Shown here piece by piece: positions 37,238 through 47,795 of a stretch of DNA of 64,000 nt (positions are counted from its first letter, which is position 1; each line of letters opens with the position of its first letter). Source of the stretch: Macrostomum lignano. Taxonomy: Eukaryota. Below the pieces are notes generated by a model that saw only the letters and a list, made by a program, of their open reading frames with translations, was not told the DNA's origin and made no database searches. The stretch is taken from contig NIVC01002331.1 in the NCBI GenBank assembly GCA_002269645.1, forward strand, positions 1-64,000, read 5' to 3'. The translations under genes and the position numbers were made by a program.

Positions 37238-40200
37238 ATGAGCAGCAGCTGCCAGGCAAACCAGCTGCCATTGTCAGCTAAGAAGCGCCATAATGGCGCG
37301 CCCACCGCCGCCCATACTCAAGAGCCAGCTCTGCCAGAACTTGGCCCGGGCGCCAGAATTTGCGCCATGGCAACCTGCTCTACTGCGGCGCTGCAAAATT
37401 TTTTACTTAGCGCAGGCGCTGGCGCCGCCATTTGCTCGTCATCATCGGCGCCCGCTTCGGCCAGCTGCTCGCCCTGCAAACCTCCGCCTGTCTGTGCTCG
37501 CAACAATTTGACAGCGGCGTCGACTACAAAGACGAATACGGCGGCAACTGCGGGATCGTCGGCTTCGTCTGGCGCGTCAGCTGATTCGTCGGAGTCGCCG
37601 ACGCCGGAGCTGCTGCTGTCAGATGAAGAAGCGGAGGTGAGCGTCGGAGGAAATCAACTGTCTGGTGTGGTGCCGTGAACTGATAAGCTGACGAGGCAGA
37701 CAGCCATAGTTACTCCCATTGGAGTAACTATTGGAGTATCTAACCTCTCTCTCCAGGTGTGCCCCCATGATCCCACAGGATTCTCTCTCTCCAGGTGTGC
37801 CCCCGTGATCTGATTTAATTCTCTCTCTCCAGGTGTGCCCCAGTGATCTGATTTGATTCTCTCTCTCCAGGTGTGCCCTGTGATCCCACAGGATTCTCTC
37901 TCTCCAGGTGTGCCCCCGTGATCCCACAGGATTCTCTCTCTCTCCAGGTGTGCCCCCGTGATCCCACAGGATTCTCTCTCTCTCCAGGTGTGCCCCCGTG
38001 ATCTGATTTGATTCTCTCTCTCTCCAGGTGTGCCCTGTGATCCCACAGGATTCTCTCTCTCCAGGTATGCCCCCGTGATCCCACAGGATTCTCTCTCTCC
38101 AGGTGTGCCCCCGTGATCTGATTTGATTCTCTCTCTCTCCAGGTGTGCCCCCGTGATCTGATTTGATTCTCTCTCTCTCCAGGTGTGCCCCCGTGATCCC
38201 ACAGGATTCTCTCTCTCCAGGTGCACCCCGTGATCCCACAGGATTCTCTCTCTCCAGGTGTGCCCCCGTGATCCCACGGGATTCTCTCTCCCCAGGTGTG
38301 CCCCCGTGATCCCACAGGATTCTCTCTCTCCAGATGTGCCCTGTGATCCCACAGGATTCTCTCTCCAGGTGTGCCCCGTGATCCCACAGGTTTCTCTCTC
38401 CAGGTGTGCCCGTGATCCCGGCTATTTCTGAAAGTATGCGCGACTAATAAAACGTCATTCTCCCATCGCTTTCAAATAACCGCGCAGTCCAAGTCGCAGC
38501 CCGGAGCCGCCGATGACGCCTGCCGCTGCCGGTCCTGCCGATCCCGACGCGCCGCCCAACGGGTCCGCCGGGGCCTCGACCGGCCGAAGCTGCAGCCCGA
38601 AGCGGAGGCCCGCCTGACCGCCCTTGCCGACTGGCTGGCCGAACGGGACCCCGGCGCTCTCTATTCGGCCGCAGAAGAGTTGGGTAGGCAACTGGCGCGC
38701 GAGGCCGGCGCCAGGCTGGCCGAGGCGCTGAAAAAGCTGGCGCCAACTGGCGAGTACAACCGAGACTGCTGCCGCTCCATGACCCGGATACTGCGCGAAG
38801 AATACGAACGGATGCGTAAGGATGCCACTAGGCAGGCTGCGGTTCTCAAGTCGCTGGATACTGCTCATCTCACGCAGTGCGGCCTCAGCTGGCAGTTCAT
38901 GTGCGAGCACTGGTTCCAGAGCCTGGCCTACGGTTGCGCCGAGCTGCGCCAGCTGCAGAACATCATGATGGAGCGCTTGAAGCCCCGGCCGGAGGATCGG
39001 GAGACCCCGTCGCCTATGAAGCTCTACTTAGAGCTGGACGCGAACATGTCGGAGGCTGAGAGTCGATGGCGGCTGGTCCGGCCCCGCCTGCAGAATTGGC
39101 GGGCGCAGCACTGCGCCGTCGGCTTCAGTGGCCTGGCTGAGGAGCTGGCCGGCACTCTGCTCACTGATGAATCTGTTGTACAGCAGCTGTACAAACTGCA
39201 CGTGCAGAGCTCTAGCGAGACGCCTGCTCAGACTTACACCTGCACCAAGTGCAACAAAACTCTATGCGGCTGCTATATGTGCTCATTTACACACTGCGTC
39301 ACCTGCGGCTTCGAGGAGGCCGGCGGAGGCGGCGACGGCGCCGGCAGCAGCAGCGGCGGAGGACGGCGTCGCAAGCGGCACAGCGACGTTGAACTGCGCG
39401 GCTGCTGCTCATCTGGCGAGGAAGAAGCTGCCGACGCTGCGGGCGACTCCGCCGACGCCCATCGCCGTAAAACTGACATCGCCGCCGCCCTGGTTTCGTC
39501 TTCGCTGTGCAAGTCGACGTCGGCTACTGACGCCGCTGTCGTGTCGTCAAATTCAAAGGGCGGCGGCGGCGGCAGCGGCTGCTGCGCCTTTTACTCCGAG
39601 GCCGAGGAGTTCATCAAGGGCAGCAGCGGCGGCCGGTGCCAACATCAGCACCTGCTGCTAGACGCTGCCCAATACCCGCAGAATTATCAGGTGCCGCAGC
39701 ATCAGCATTCGCATCATCAGCCAGCAGCTTCTGACGCCGACAAGGCAACAGGAGACTCGACAACTGGCAATGAAAATGGCCGATTCTGCGACTGCTGCTA
39801 CTGCGAGGTGTTCGGCCACAGCGGCGGACAGCAGCCGGCTGTGCCGCCAAAATTTTTTGAGAAGCGCGAACAGTTGCGCTCGAAATTGCTCCGCAAAAAG
39901 CAGCAGTCGAAGCAGGGGCAGCAGAAGCATCAGCAGCAGCAGCAGCCCGAGCCTCCAAATGACGCTGCTGGTGTCGGTGGCGGCGTCGGAGCGATTTGCC
40001 AATCGTCATCGACCGATATCGACGCTTTAGTGGAGTTCATTGAGGGCGCCAAGGCTGGCAAGGAGCGCGCAGCGAAACGCGAAGTGAAGAAAACCAGACA
40101 GAAGGCGGCGCGCAAAGCGGCTGAACCAGCAGCCACGTCGCCGGCAGCTGGTCGCCAGCGGCAGCAGCAGCAACGTCAGCGAGATGTTGAAAATCAGACT

Positions 40201-41724
40201 CCAGTTCGAGGCGGCAAGCTTCAAGATGCAGCAGACCCCAACAGCGGCAATGGCAGGTCAGCTAACGGAGACAGACAGCGGATGCTGGGCCGCCAGGAAC
40301 TTGGTAATTTTACACTCTAGCTTTTTTCTTTGTTTTATTTAATAAATTAAAATTTATGATTCTCATCACATTCGGAACATTTTCTCTTTTATCCTAAACT
40401 TCCGTTCTTCAATCCTGAACTTCCGTTTTTCTATCTTGAACTTCGGTTCTTCAATCCTGAACTTCCGTTCTTCAATCCTGAACTTCCGTTCTTTTATCCT
40501 GAACTTCCGTTCTTCAATCCTGAACTTCCGTTCTTCAATCCTGAACTTCCGTTCTTCAATCCTGAACTTCCGTTCTTCAATCCTGAACTTCCGTTTTTCT
40601 ATCTTGAACTTCGGTTCTTCAATCCTGAACTTCCGTTCTTCAATCCTGAACTTCCGTTCTTTTATCCTGAACTTCCGTTCTTCAATCCTGAACTTCCGTT
40701 CTTTTATCCTGAACTTCCGTTCTTCAATCCTGAACTTCCGTTCTTCAATCCTGAACTTCCGTTCTTCAATCCTGAACTTCCGTTCTTCAATCCTGAACTT
40801 CCGTTCTTTTATCCTGAACTTCCTTTTTTCAATCCTGAACTTCCGTTCTTCAATCCTGAACTTCCCTTCTTCAATCCTGAACTTCCGTTCTTCAATCCTG
40901 AACTTCCGTTCTTCAATCCTGAACTTCCGTTCTTCAATCCTGAACTTCCGTTCTTCAATCCTGAACTTCTTCCGTTCTTCAATCCTGAACTCCCGTTCTT
41001 TTATCTTGAACTTCGGTTCTTCAATCCTGAACTTCCGTTCCTCTATCCTGAACTTCCTTTCTTCTATCCTGAACTGCCGCTCTATCCTGAACTTCCGTTC
41101 TATCCTGAACTTCCGCTCTTGTATCCTGAACTTTCGTTCTTCTATCCTGAACTTTCGCTCTTCTATCCTGAATTTCGGTTTTTCTTCTGAACTTTCGCAC
41201 CTCTATCCTGAACTAAGTTGATCTCACGCACTCTTTACAGAAGGCTTAAACCGGCGCGATGACCTTGACGACGACCAGCTGTTCGATGACGACGATGTTG
41301 ACCCTGTGGTTGAGCAGTTCAAAAGGTGAGCCTATTATGACGCGTCAGTTCACTCAGTACACTCAACAGTGACCTAGTACACTCAACAGTGACCCAGTAC
41401 ACTCAACAGTGACCCAGTACACTCAACAGTGACCCAGTACACTCAACAGTCACCCAGTACACTCAACAGTGACCTAGTACACTCAACAGTCACCCAGTAC
41501 ACTCAACAGTGACCTAGTACACTCAACAGTCACCCAGTACACTCAACAGTGACCTAGTACACTCAACAGTCACCCAGTACACTCAACAGTCACATAGTAC
41601 ACTTAACATTGACCCATGGCTCTGTATCCGAATTTGCAGTTTTGTGATGAACTGCCAGACGCCAAAGGAGCGCCAAAAAGTGCGACTGGACTTGGACAGC
41701 TTGTCAATGTTAATGAAAAAGTGA
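37238..41724 (+). CDS. FAM193A: FAM193 family protein, ~794 aa; exons 37238-37636, 38488-40303, 41241-41325, 41640-41724
   Basis: All three GT-AG introns join in phase (0, 1, 2) to give 2385 nt. Hallmarks: FCDCCYCEVFGH..KREQLRSKL, IDALVEFIE..RAAKR, DPGALY and the C-terminal VEQFKSFVMNCQTPKERQKVRL, which parallel FAM193A CDCCYCEFFGH..MREKLRLRL, VEDLLQFIN..RAAKR and VEYFKRFCLDS. An additional upstream exon (acceptor at 37208) is possible. Confidence 0.85.
37742..38420. repeat. 37-42-bp minisatellite in FAM193 intron 1
   Basis: Unit (ct)nccaggtgtgcccccgtgat followed by either cccacaggatt or ctgatttgatt. Confidence 0.96.
40396..41212. repeat. 21-bp minisatellite in FAM193 intron 2, ~38 copies
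   Basis: Unit aatcctgaacttccgttcttc. Confidence 0.97.
41352..41605. repeat. 20-bp minisatellite in FAM193 intron 3, ~12 copies
   Basis: Unit agtacactcaacagt(c/g)acc(c/t); same family as 51220-52299. Confidence 0.96.
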
Positions 41725-42359
41725 ACAGAATCTGAACTTTTTTTCTTGGTCTGCAACACAGTTTGAAGCAAGCTGTCCTGCAGAAGGCACTAGAATTATT
41801 AGAAATATATTTAATAAAATTATTTCTTTTATTTAGTTATTTTATTAGAACTCTTGTTAACAAAAAGTTGAAAAACCTGCTTGCTAATCGAGGACAGACA
41901 ACTCTTACTAATTAGCCTGGGTATGCTGTGAAATTCAAGGCTAATAATTTCCTCTTTTGTACCTAGACTTGCATCCCCGTTTCTTTGGTTTGAAAAAAAT
42001 TTAAATCAGTTTATTGCTCCTCATCATTTAGTATATTTTGTATTGAAGGATAGGCCTTCGAATATTGGATTTATTGTGCTCAGTAGCGTCTCACCTGCTC
42101 CCTGATATTTTGTGTGTACGCAATTAAAAGTACATCTCAGCTGCCCTGTCCGTGTGTGCTACTAACACTACTATTATTATTATTTATTTACGATTGGTAA
42201 ATTAGTGAGCTGCTGTGTTTATTTTTATTAGTTAGACCGTTTTTTCAACCAGTATGTAAATATTTATCGCTTTTGCGTCTCCGCTCCACCTGACTGTCGG
42301 CCCACAGACTCTGTTGTGGAGCGGCCGGAGTCCTTTATTGTCGGCTTGGTTTGCGCTTT

Positions 42360-42635
42360 GGCAACTCTTTGTCTTGTCTGTCCTGTCCGCCTCTGTCTGT
42401 GTGTCCGCCTGCTTGTCTTGTCTGTCCTGTCCGCCTCTGTCTGTGTGTCCGCCTGCTTGTCTTGTCTGTCCTGTCCGCCTCTGTATGTCCGCCTGCTTGT
42501 CTTGTCTGTTCTGTCCGCCTGCTTATCTTGTCTGTCATGTCCGCCTGCTTGTCTTGTCTGTCCTGTCCGCCTCTGTCTGTCTGTCTGCCTGCCTGTCTGT
42601 CTGCCTGTCTGCTTGTGTCCGTCTGTTTGCCTGCG
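42360..42635. repeat. ctgtc/cttgt-based degenerate tandem repeat
   Basis: Repeated gtccgcctgcttgtcttgtctgtcct units. Confidence 0.9.
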
Positions 42636-43283
42636 TGCCCTGTATGTTTTTATACTGTTTCTTCGTGTTTTCAAATTTTTCAGCCATTGTTCACTACCCG
42701 CTCACTAGACTACTAATAGCTGTTGGCTAGTAGTATGCGTTGAGAATTTCGACTTCGCCTTCTCTCATACAGATTGTTCACTTTGCGTGCAGTGATGAAA
42801 TCGACAGCTTGTTGTGTAGGTGATAAACAATCATTGCACCATCGGTGTTCATAGTGTCTAAATGCTGGTTTTTTTAAGTTAATTTTATTTGTTTAAATGC
42901 TGACTTGTGCGTAAGGGTTTTCCCCTCATTTTTAAAATTACTGCGAGCTGGCTAATGCGAAATTCTCTATTGATGAGCCCTGCCAGTTTTTGTACTTTCA
43001 CTCCGTTTTTTGTGCTTACATGAATGAAGACTTTATAAATTTGAAGTGAGGCGGCTTTGCAAAAATGTTATAACTGCCGCCTGCGCTGCTCGCGATTGGG
43101 TTAGAAATCTTTGTAGCTCAGCCTTCTTTTTATATAAATATACATACTGCAGCCCCATCTGCCCGGAACAAAGTGAAGCTGTTTTTTACAATAAAAATGC
43201 CTAATTTACACTTTTACCTGCCTTCTGGCATTGGCTTCTTGTTTCATTTCTTTGCCTTTCTTTTCAACTGAGCACAGTTTGTG

Positions 43284-44164
43284 TCACGCTGCAGTTAGCA
43301 CACGGGATGTTAGTGAGGCAGTGCTAATCACACTGCAGTTAGCACACGGGATGTTAGTGAGGCAGTGCTAATCACACTGCAGTTAGCACACAGGAAGTTA
43401 GTGAAGCAGTGCTAATCACACTGCAGTTAGCACACGGGATGTTAGTGAGGCAGTGCTAATCACACTGCAGTTAGCACACGGGATGTTAGTGAGGCAGTGC
43501 TAATCACACTGCAGTTAGCACACAGGAAGTTAGTGAAGCAGTGCTAATCACACTGCAGTTAGCACACGGGATGTTAGTGAGGCAGTGCTAATCACACTGC
43601 AGTTAGCACACGGGATGTTAGTGAGGCAGTGCTAATCACACTGCAGTTAGCACACAGGAAGTTAGTGAAGCAGTGCTAATCACACTGCAGTTAGCACACG
43701 GGATGTTAGTGAGGCAGTGCTAATCACACTGCAGTTAGCACACGGGATGTTAGTGAGGCAGTGCTAATCACACTGCAGTTAGCACACGGGATGTTAGTGA
43801 AGCAGTGCTAATCACACTGCAGTTAGCACACGGGATGTTAGTGAGGCAGTGCTAATCACACTGCAGTTAGCACACGGGATGTTAGTTAGGCAGTGCTAAT
43901 CACACTGCAGTTAGCACACGGGATGTTAGTGAGGCAGTGCTAATCACACTGCAGTTAGCACACGGGATGTTAGTGAAGCAGTGCTAATCACACTGCAGTT
44001 AGCACACGGGATGTTAGTGAAGCAGTGCTAATCACACTGCAGTTAGCACACGGGATGTTAGTGAAGCAGTGCTAATCACACTGCAGTTAGCACACGGGAT
44101 GTTAGTGAAGCAGTGCTAATCACACTGCAGTTAGCACACGGAGTGTTAGTGAAGCAGTGCTAAT
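43284..44164. repeat. 44-bp minisatellite, 20 copies
   Basis: Unit tcacactgcagttagcacacgggatgttagtgaggcagtgctaa; it contains the internal inverted pairs gtgctaa/ttagcac and gcagtg/cactgc. Confidence 0.97.
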
Positions 44165-44721
44165 CAGACTAGGTTTATCGCAGTCAACTTGGCTCAAATA
44201 TTATTCATAATCTTTTCTGTCATTTGGTAGCTCAGACGTACCTACTAAAAGTGCAACTCTGTTGTCTGTTTGTTTGTCTGAATTGCATTTTGATAAAAAA
44301 TGCATAAATAAAGGTTATCTTTCTGCAGCACAGTACTGTATGCATAGGAATTATAAGGTAGACAGAACTGCAAGCTCACAGAGAATGTGTAATAAACTAA
44401 AATGTTTTAGAAAAGTAGAAGTAGAACTTTTGTTAAACTTAGTTATCGTTAGTTGTGCGCTATTGTTAGAGTTTTCTAGTCTCAGAAAATGAACCGCTCA
44501 AAAAGAAGCAAAAAAGAAGGCAATAGAAAAGTCCAAAACAAGAATTGCTTGAATTATCGGCCTGCCTTGCAACTGGCGGTTTTACACACCTACAGCTGCA
44601 ATGATATCAAACTGGTAGGCACATATCTGTATGACAGTCAACCCTTCAATTTTGGAGGGGACACGAACATTTGTATCCTAATTAGGATGGCAGCTCAACA
44701 TCTCATACGAGTACAAGACAC

Positions 44722-44825
44722 AGCGGGTTGTAGCCTAGTGCTCCGAGCATCGGACTCAAGACTGAAAGGTTGGTGCATGGTTCGATTCACGACCCACCCG
44801 AAACAATTTTCGCATCTTTTGTAAG
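44722..44825 (+). mobile_element. Truncated SINE family 1 tRNA-like head (duplicate at ~53833-53930)
   Basis: gtagcctagtgc and ggttcgattc match the 9387 SINE head, followed by aaacaatttt and loss of the core. Confidence 0.65.
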
Positions 44826-45423
44826 CTGGCTAATAGCTGTACACGTTTACTTGAGTCAGCTAGCTTAGTTTAGACAATTTCATTGCTAAAATCTTCTACC
44901 TTTCTGACTATAACGACGACTTCAAACGACTTGATTAACTTCAGTGCTACAAGTCTGACATGGTGACAATTGAACACCGACTTCTGTAGCCAATTTCCAA
45001 GGTCTGCTGCTGCAGTTAACTGAATATTCGCTGTATTTAAGCAAAGTTAATTGAATTTGCTGGCTCTCAGCCTTTGACAAAAGTCTAGCTGGCTTGAATG
45101 TCCAATCCGAGGACTGCTTGCTGGTTTATGAGTCGAGAGTTTCTCAGTTAGAAATCTGCGTGTTGACGTCCATGGCCCTACCTGTTTTTGTTTATCAAAT
45201 ATCTGCTTTTGACCAAGGACCACTAGAAGTTACCGATGTCTCATCAGGACATTTAACGAGGTTTTGCCTTTAAAACAGACTTCATAGTCGTCTGTTGGAA
45301 ATAAACTGATCCATTTAGTTATAAGCTGTTCCTGAGTGTCCCTGATAACAACGGTAACTCCTAGTGGTCCTTGCTTTTAGCTTTGGAGGCCAACAGGCCT
45401 GATCAAATCCTGCTGCCACGCCG

Positions 45424-46828
45424 TCAGGCCCAGCTGGCGAGGTCGCTGCTGATTCTCTTCCGCCAGGCCGCCATCTCGGCTCCGCTGTCGTAGGGCAGAT
45501 CAACCGTGGCGTCGAAGTGCGGCAGCAGGACGCAGTGTTTGCGCAACGGGTTACTATAGAAACCAACGCAGCCGAGGCGCCATTTGCAGGCGAGAGCGCA
45601 GGCCGCCTCGGTGATCTCGCCGTAGGCGCTGACGTCGATCGTCTCGCTGCAGCCCGGCCCGGTCTGCGAGTAGCCTACAATGTCCGCCTGCTCGAATTCG
45701 GCATTGTGCAGCGGCACGCAGCCTGCACCTCCGGCGCCGCCGATGCAGCTGCCAGCCGGGTGCTCGCAGTGGTAGCGCGCGTCCGTCCAGCAGGGGACAT
45801 CGTGCAACCGGTTGGACTCGTTTATGTGCAGCACGCAGTTCTGCACGCCTCCCTGATTGCCGGGCTCTCCGGAGGCCCACCAAGCGGAGCTGGTCAGGTT
45901 CATCTCCCGCAAACCCGGCATCACCTGCGAACATCCGGTTTAGAAAAGAAAACTTTCACTTATATATCAGGATCTTGGAGCCATCATCTCTCAGCAAGGT
46001 TAAACAGTTACTTGTTGAACGGAGGCTTCGGGCTTACCAAGTGAAGCCTCTTTGTTGGCTTTGCGACCAAAGTTCACTTGCAAATGATGCAGCAATGATA
46101 CATACATGTACAACATGCAGTAATATGTACAACATACATGGCAATGCATACAACATACAACTGATAACTAACTGAATACATCTGCCCTAGTGGCCAGATG
46201 TGCAACCGACAGCTCAGCCGCAGCTATTGCGCGGCGCATCTGAAGGCTGCGTACGGCTGTTCAGTCCAAGGACTGGGGGGTCGCCACACACACCCTCAAT
46301 TACCCCAGCTAATTCTGGCACCCATTTTACAGCTGGGTGAACTGAAGCAATGCAGAGTTAAGTGTCTTGTTCAAGGACACAGATTGTTCCAGTGGGGTCG
46401 GTAATCGAAGCCTCGACTCCTATTTTTACATGTAGATAAATACAACATACAACAATATGTACAAAATACACGGCAATGCAACAAACAATCCGCATCACCT
46501 GCCAACCATCGCGACTTCGATTCCGTTCGCGCAGCGCGTCAGTGACGCCCAGGAGAATCCAGCCGCTGGTGAACTGGGGCAGCGGCCTGGCTCGGGCGTA
46601 GGTGTTCGGCGTGAGCAGCCGGTGGCCCAGACGGGCGCAGACGTCCAGAGCGTCGCAGAATTTCAATGTACCGTTGGACACCGGGCTGAGGCAGGTCGGG
46701 GGACCGGCGCTGTCATTCAGTAAGGAGTAACCGGGACTACAGGCGGCATTAGCCGCCGTCTGCTGCGGGAGACACGACAGCAGAAGCAGCAGACACGGGG
46801 CCGCGATGGCAGACACTTTGCACAGCAT
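45424..46828 (-). CDS. Secreted C-type lectin + PAN/apple domain protein, 276 aa (copy A); exons 46828-46499 and 45924-45424
   Basis: Signal peptide MLCKVSAIAAPCLLLLLSC. CTLD cysteines with WILLGVTD..GWQ|VMPG..WASGEPGN..QNCV..LHDVPC..YHCE. PAN pattern AACALACKWRLGCVGF..HCVLL. The intron 46498-45925 is GT-AG, phase 0. Confidence 0.88.
46180..46412 (-). mobile_element. 5'-truncated SINE family 1 inside the lectin intron (duplicate at ~55277-55506)
   Basis: Near-identical to 9140-9330 across the CORE-like and tail regions. Confidence 0.8.
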
Positions 46829-47519
46829 TTTCTCGCCGGCAGTAAGCTTGTCTCGGTATTGGCAAAGCAAACCCTCAAACATTGAAGAGTAATGATGAAT
46901 TGTCTCGGAAAGGCATTTATAAAGAAAGGATGGAGTAAAAATTCTCAGCCAAAGAAGCGTTCTCTCTGCGTCCCCCCCCCAGCCTCTTTTTGTTGGCTGT
47001 TTCTGAGAAATTGCAGCTGCTCTCTCCCCCTCCATAGCCGCCCCTAAGGGATTTTAGTGAAGCAATTGCGGTTGCTTAGCAACATTGCTGTAGCTCTGCA
47101 TCCGTTAGCATTAATTAGTCAGGCAAACTGAACCAACCGTATAGGGACTGAGAAGGATTTGGGCTTGGTAAAATTAAAAATAGGAAGGCAGTAGACTACA
47201 GGCAAAGGCAATCATGCAATCAAAGAAATTTCAATGCATGTAGATTTAAGACTTTATATAGTTGTTTTCCCATTCCGGAAATTTCATTAAATGAGTTTCT
47301 AAGTTCGAGGCTCTTGGTGGAGGACGCTTGCAGTTTGGCTTTACACGATGTGGTAACCATTACCGTACTTTCTGATTATCATCTTCGTGTATTTTATGAG
47401 GTCATTCAACTTGGTTCTCAGTTTCATGCTACCAGCAGTGATACTCCGAGTGCAGCTGCAGTGTCATCCAGTGAGGTATGCTGTTGACGTTCCTGTTTAG
47501 TTTTTAACGTTCTTCCTGC

Positions 47520-47795
47520 CGAAGCGATACGACCCCTGGTTCGATTCCCTTACGCTGCCACATTCATTTGTGGCAATTGTGCACGAAAATTGGCCATGGG
47601 AAGCTTGTCGTACGATTCATACTCACGAGGGCCACGTCCCAAGGCACAGAGAGTGCACATGCTTGACATTTAGACAGTCAGGGCCGCTGTACACCCTGTG
47701 TGAGCGTGTGTGTGAGTGCGTGCTCAGGAGTCAGCGGAATGAGCAGAATTCCCTCAGCGCTGGTTATGGGACATTGTCGCCGAAGGCGTTCATCT
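47520..47795 (+). mobile_element. Diverged SINE family 2 copy (duplicate at ~56595-56878)
   Basis: B box ggttcgattcc. It shares gggccgctgtacac..tgtgtgag..tgctcagg..gcggaatg..gcag with the 36133-36496 SINE. Confidence 0.65.

Noticed and set aside
40436-41221. 261-aa NFRSSIL repeat ORF resembling an LRR or pentapeptide protein
   Set aside because: Lies wholly within FAM193 intron 2 and is a 21-bp minisatellite with a TTG start.
43284-44164. CRISPR-like array (also 6806, 28875, 51220)
   Set aside because: The units are contiguous with no unique spacers, there are no cas genes, and the context is eukaryotic.
44722-44810. tRNA gene candidates (also at 9320-9387, 36420-36496, 53833, 63444)
   Set aside because: A/B boxes are present but there is no complete cloverleaf or T-run terminator, and each continues into SINE body sequence.
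45517-46044. 175-aa plus-strand ORF (and its duplicate at 54614)
   Set aside because: Antisense shadow of lectin exon 2.
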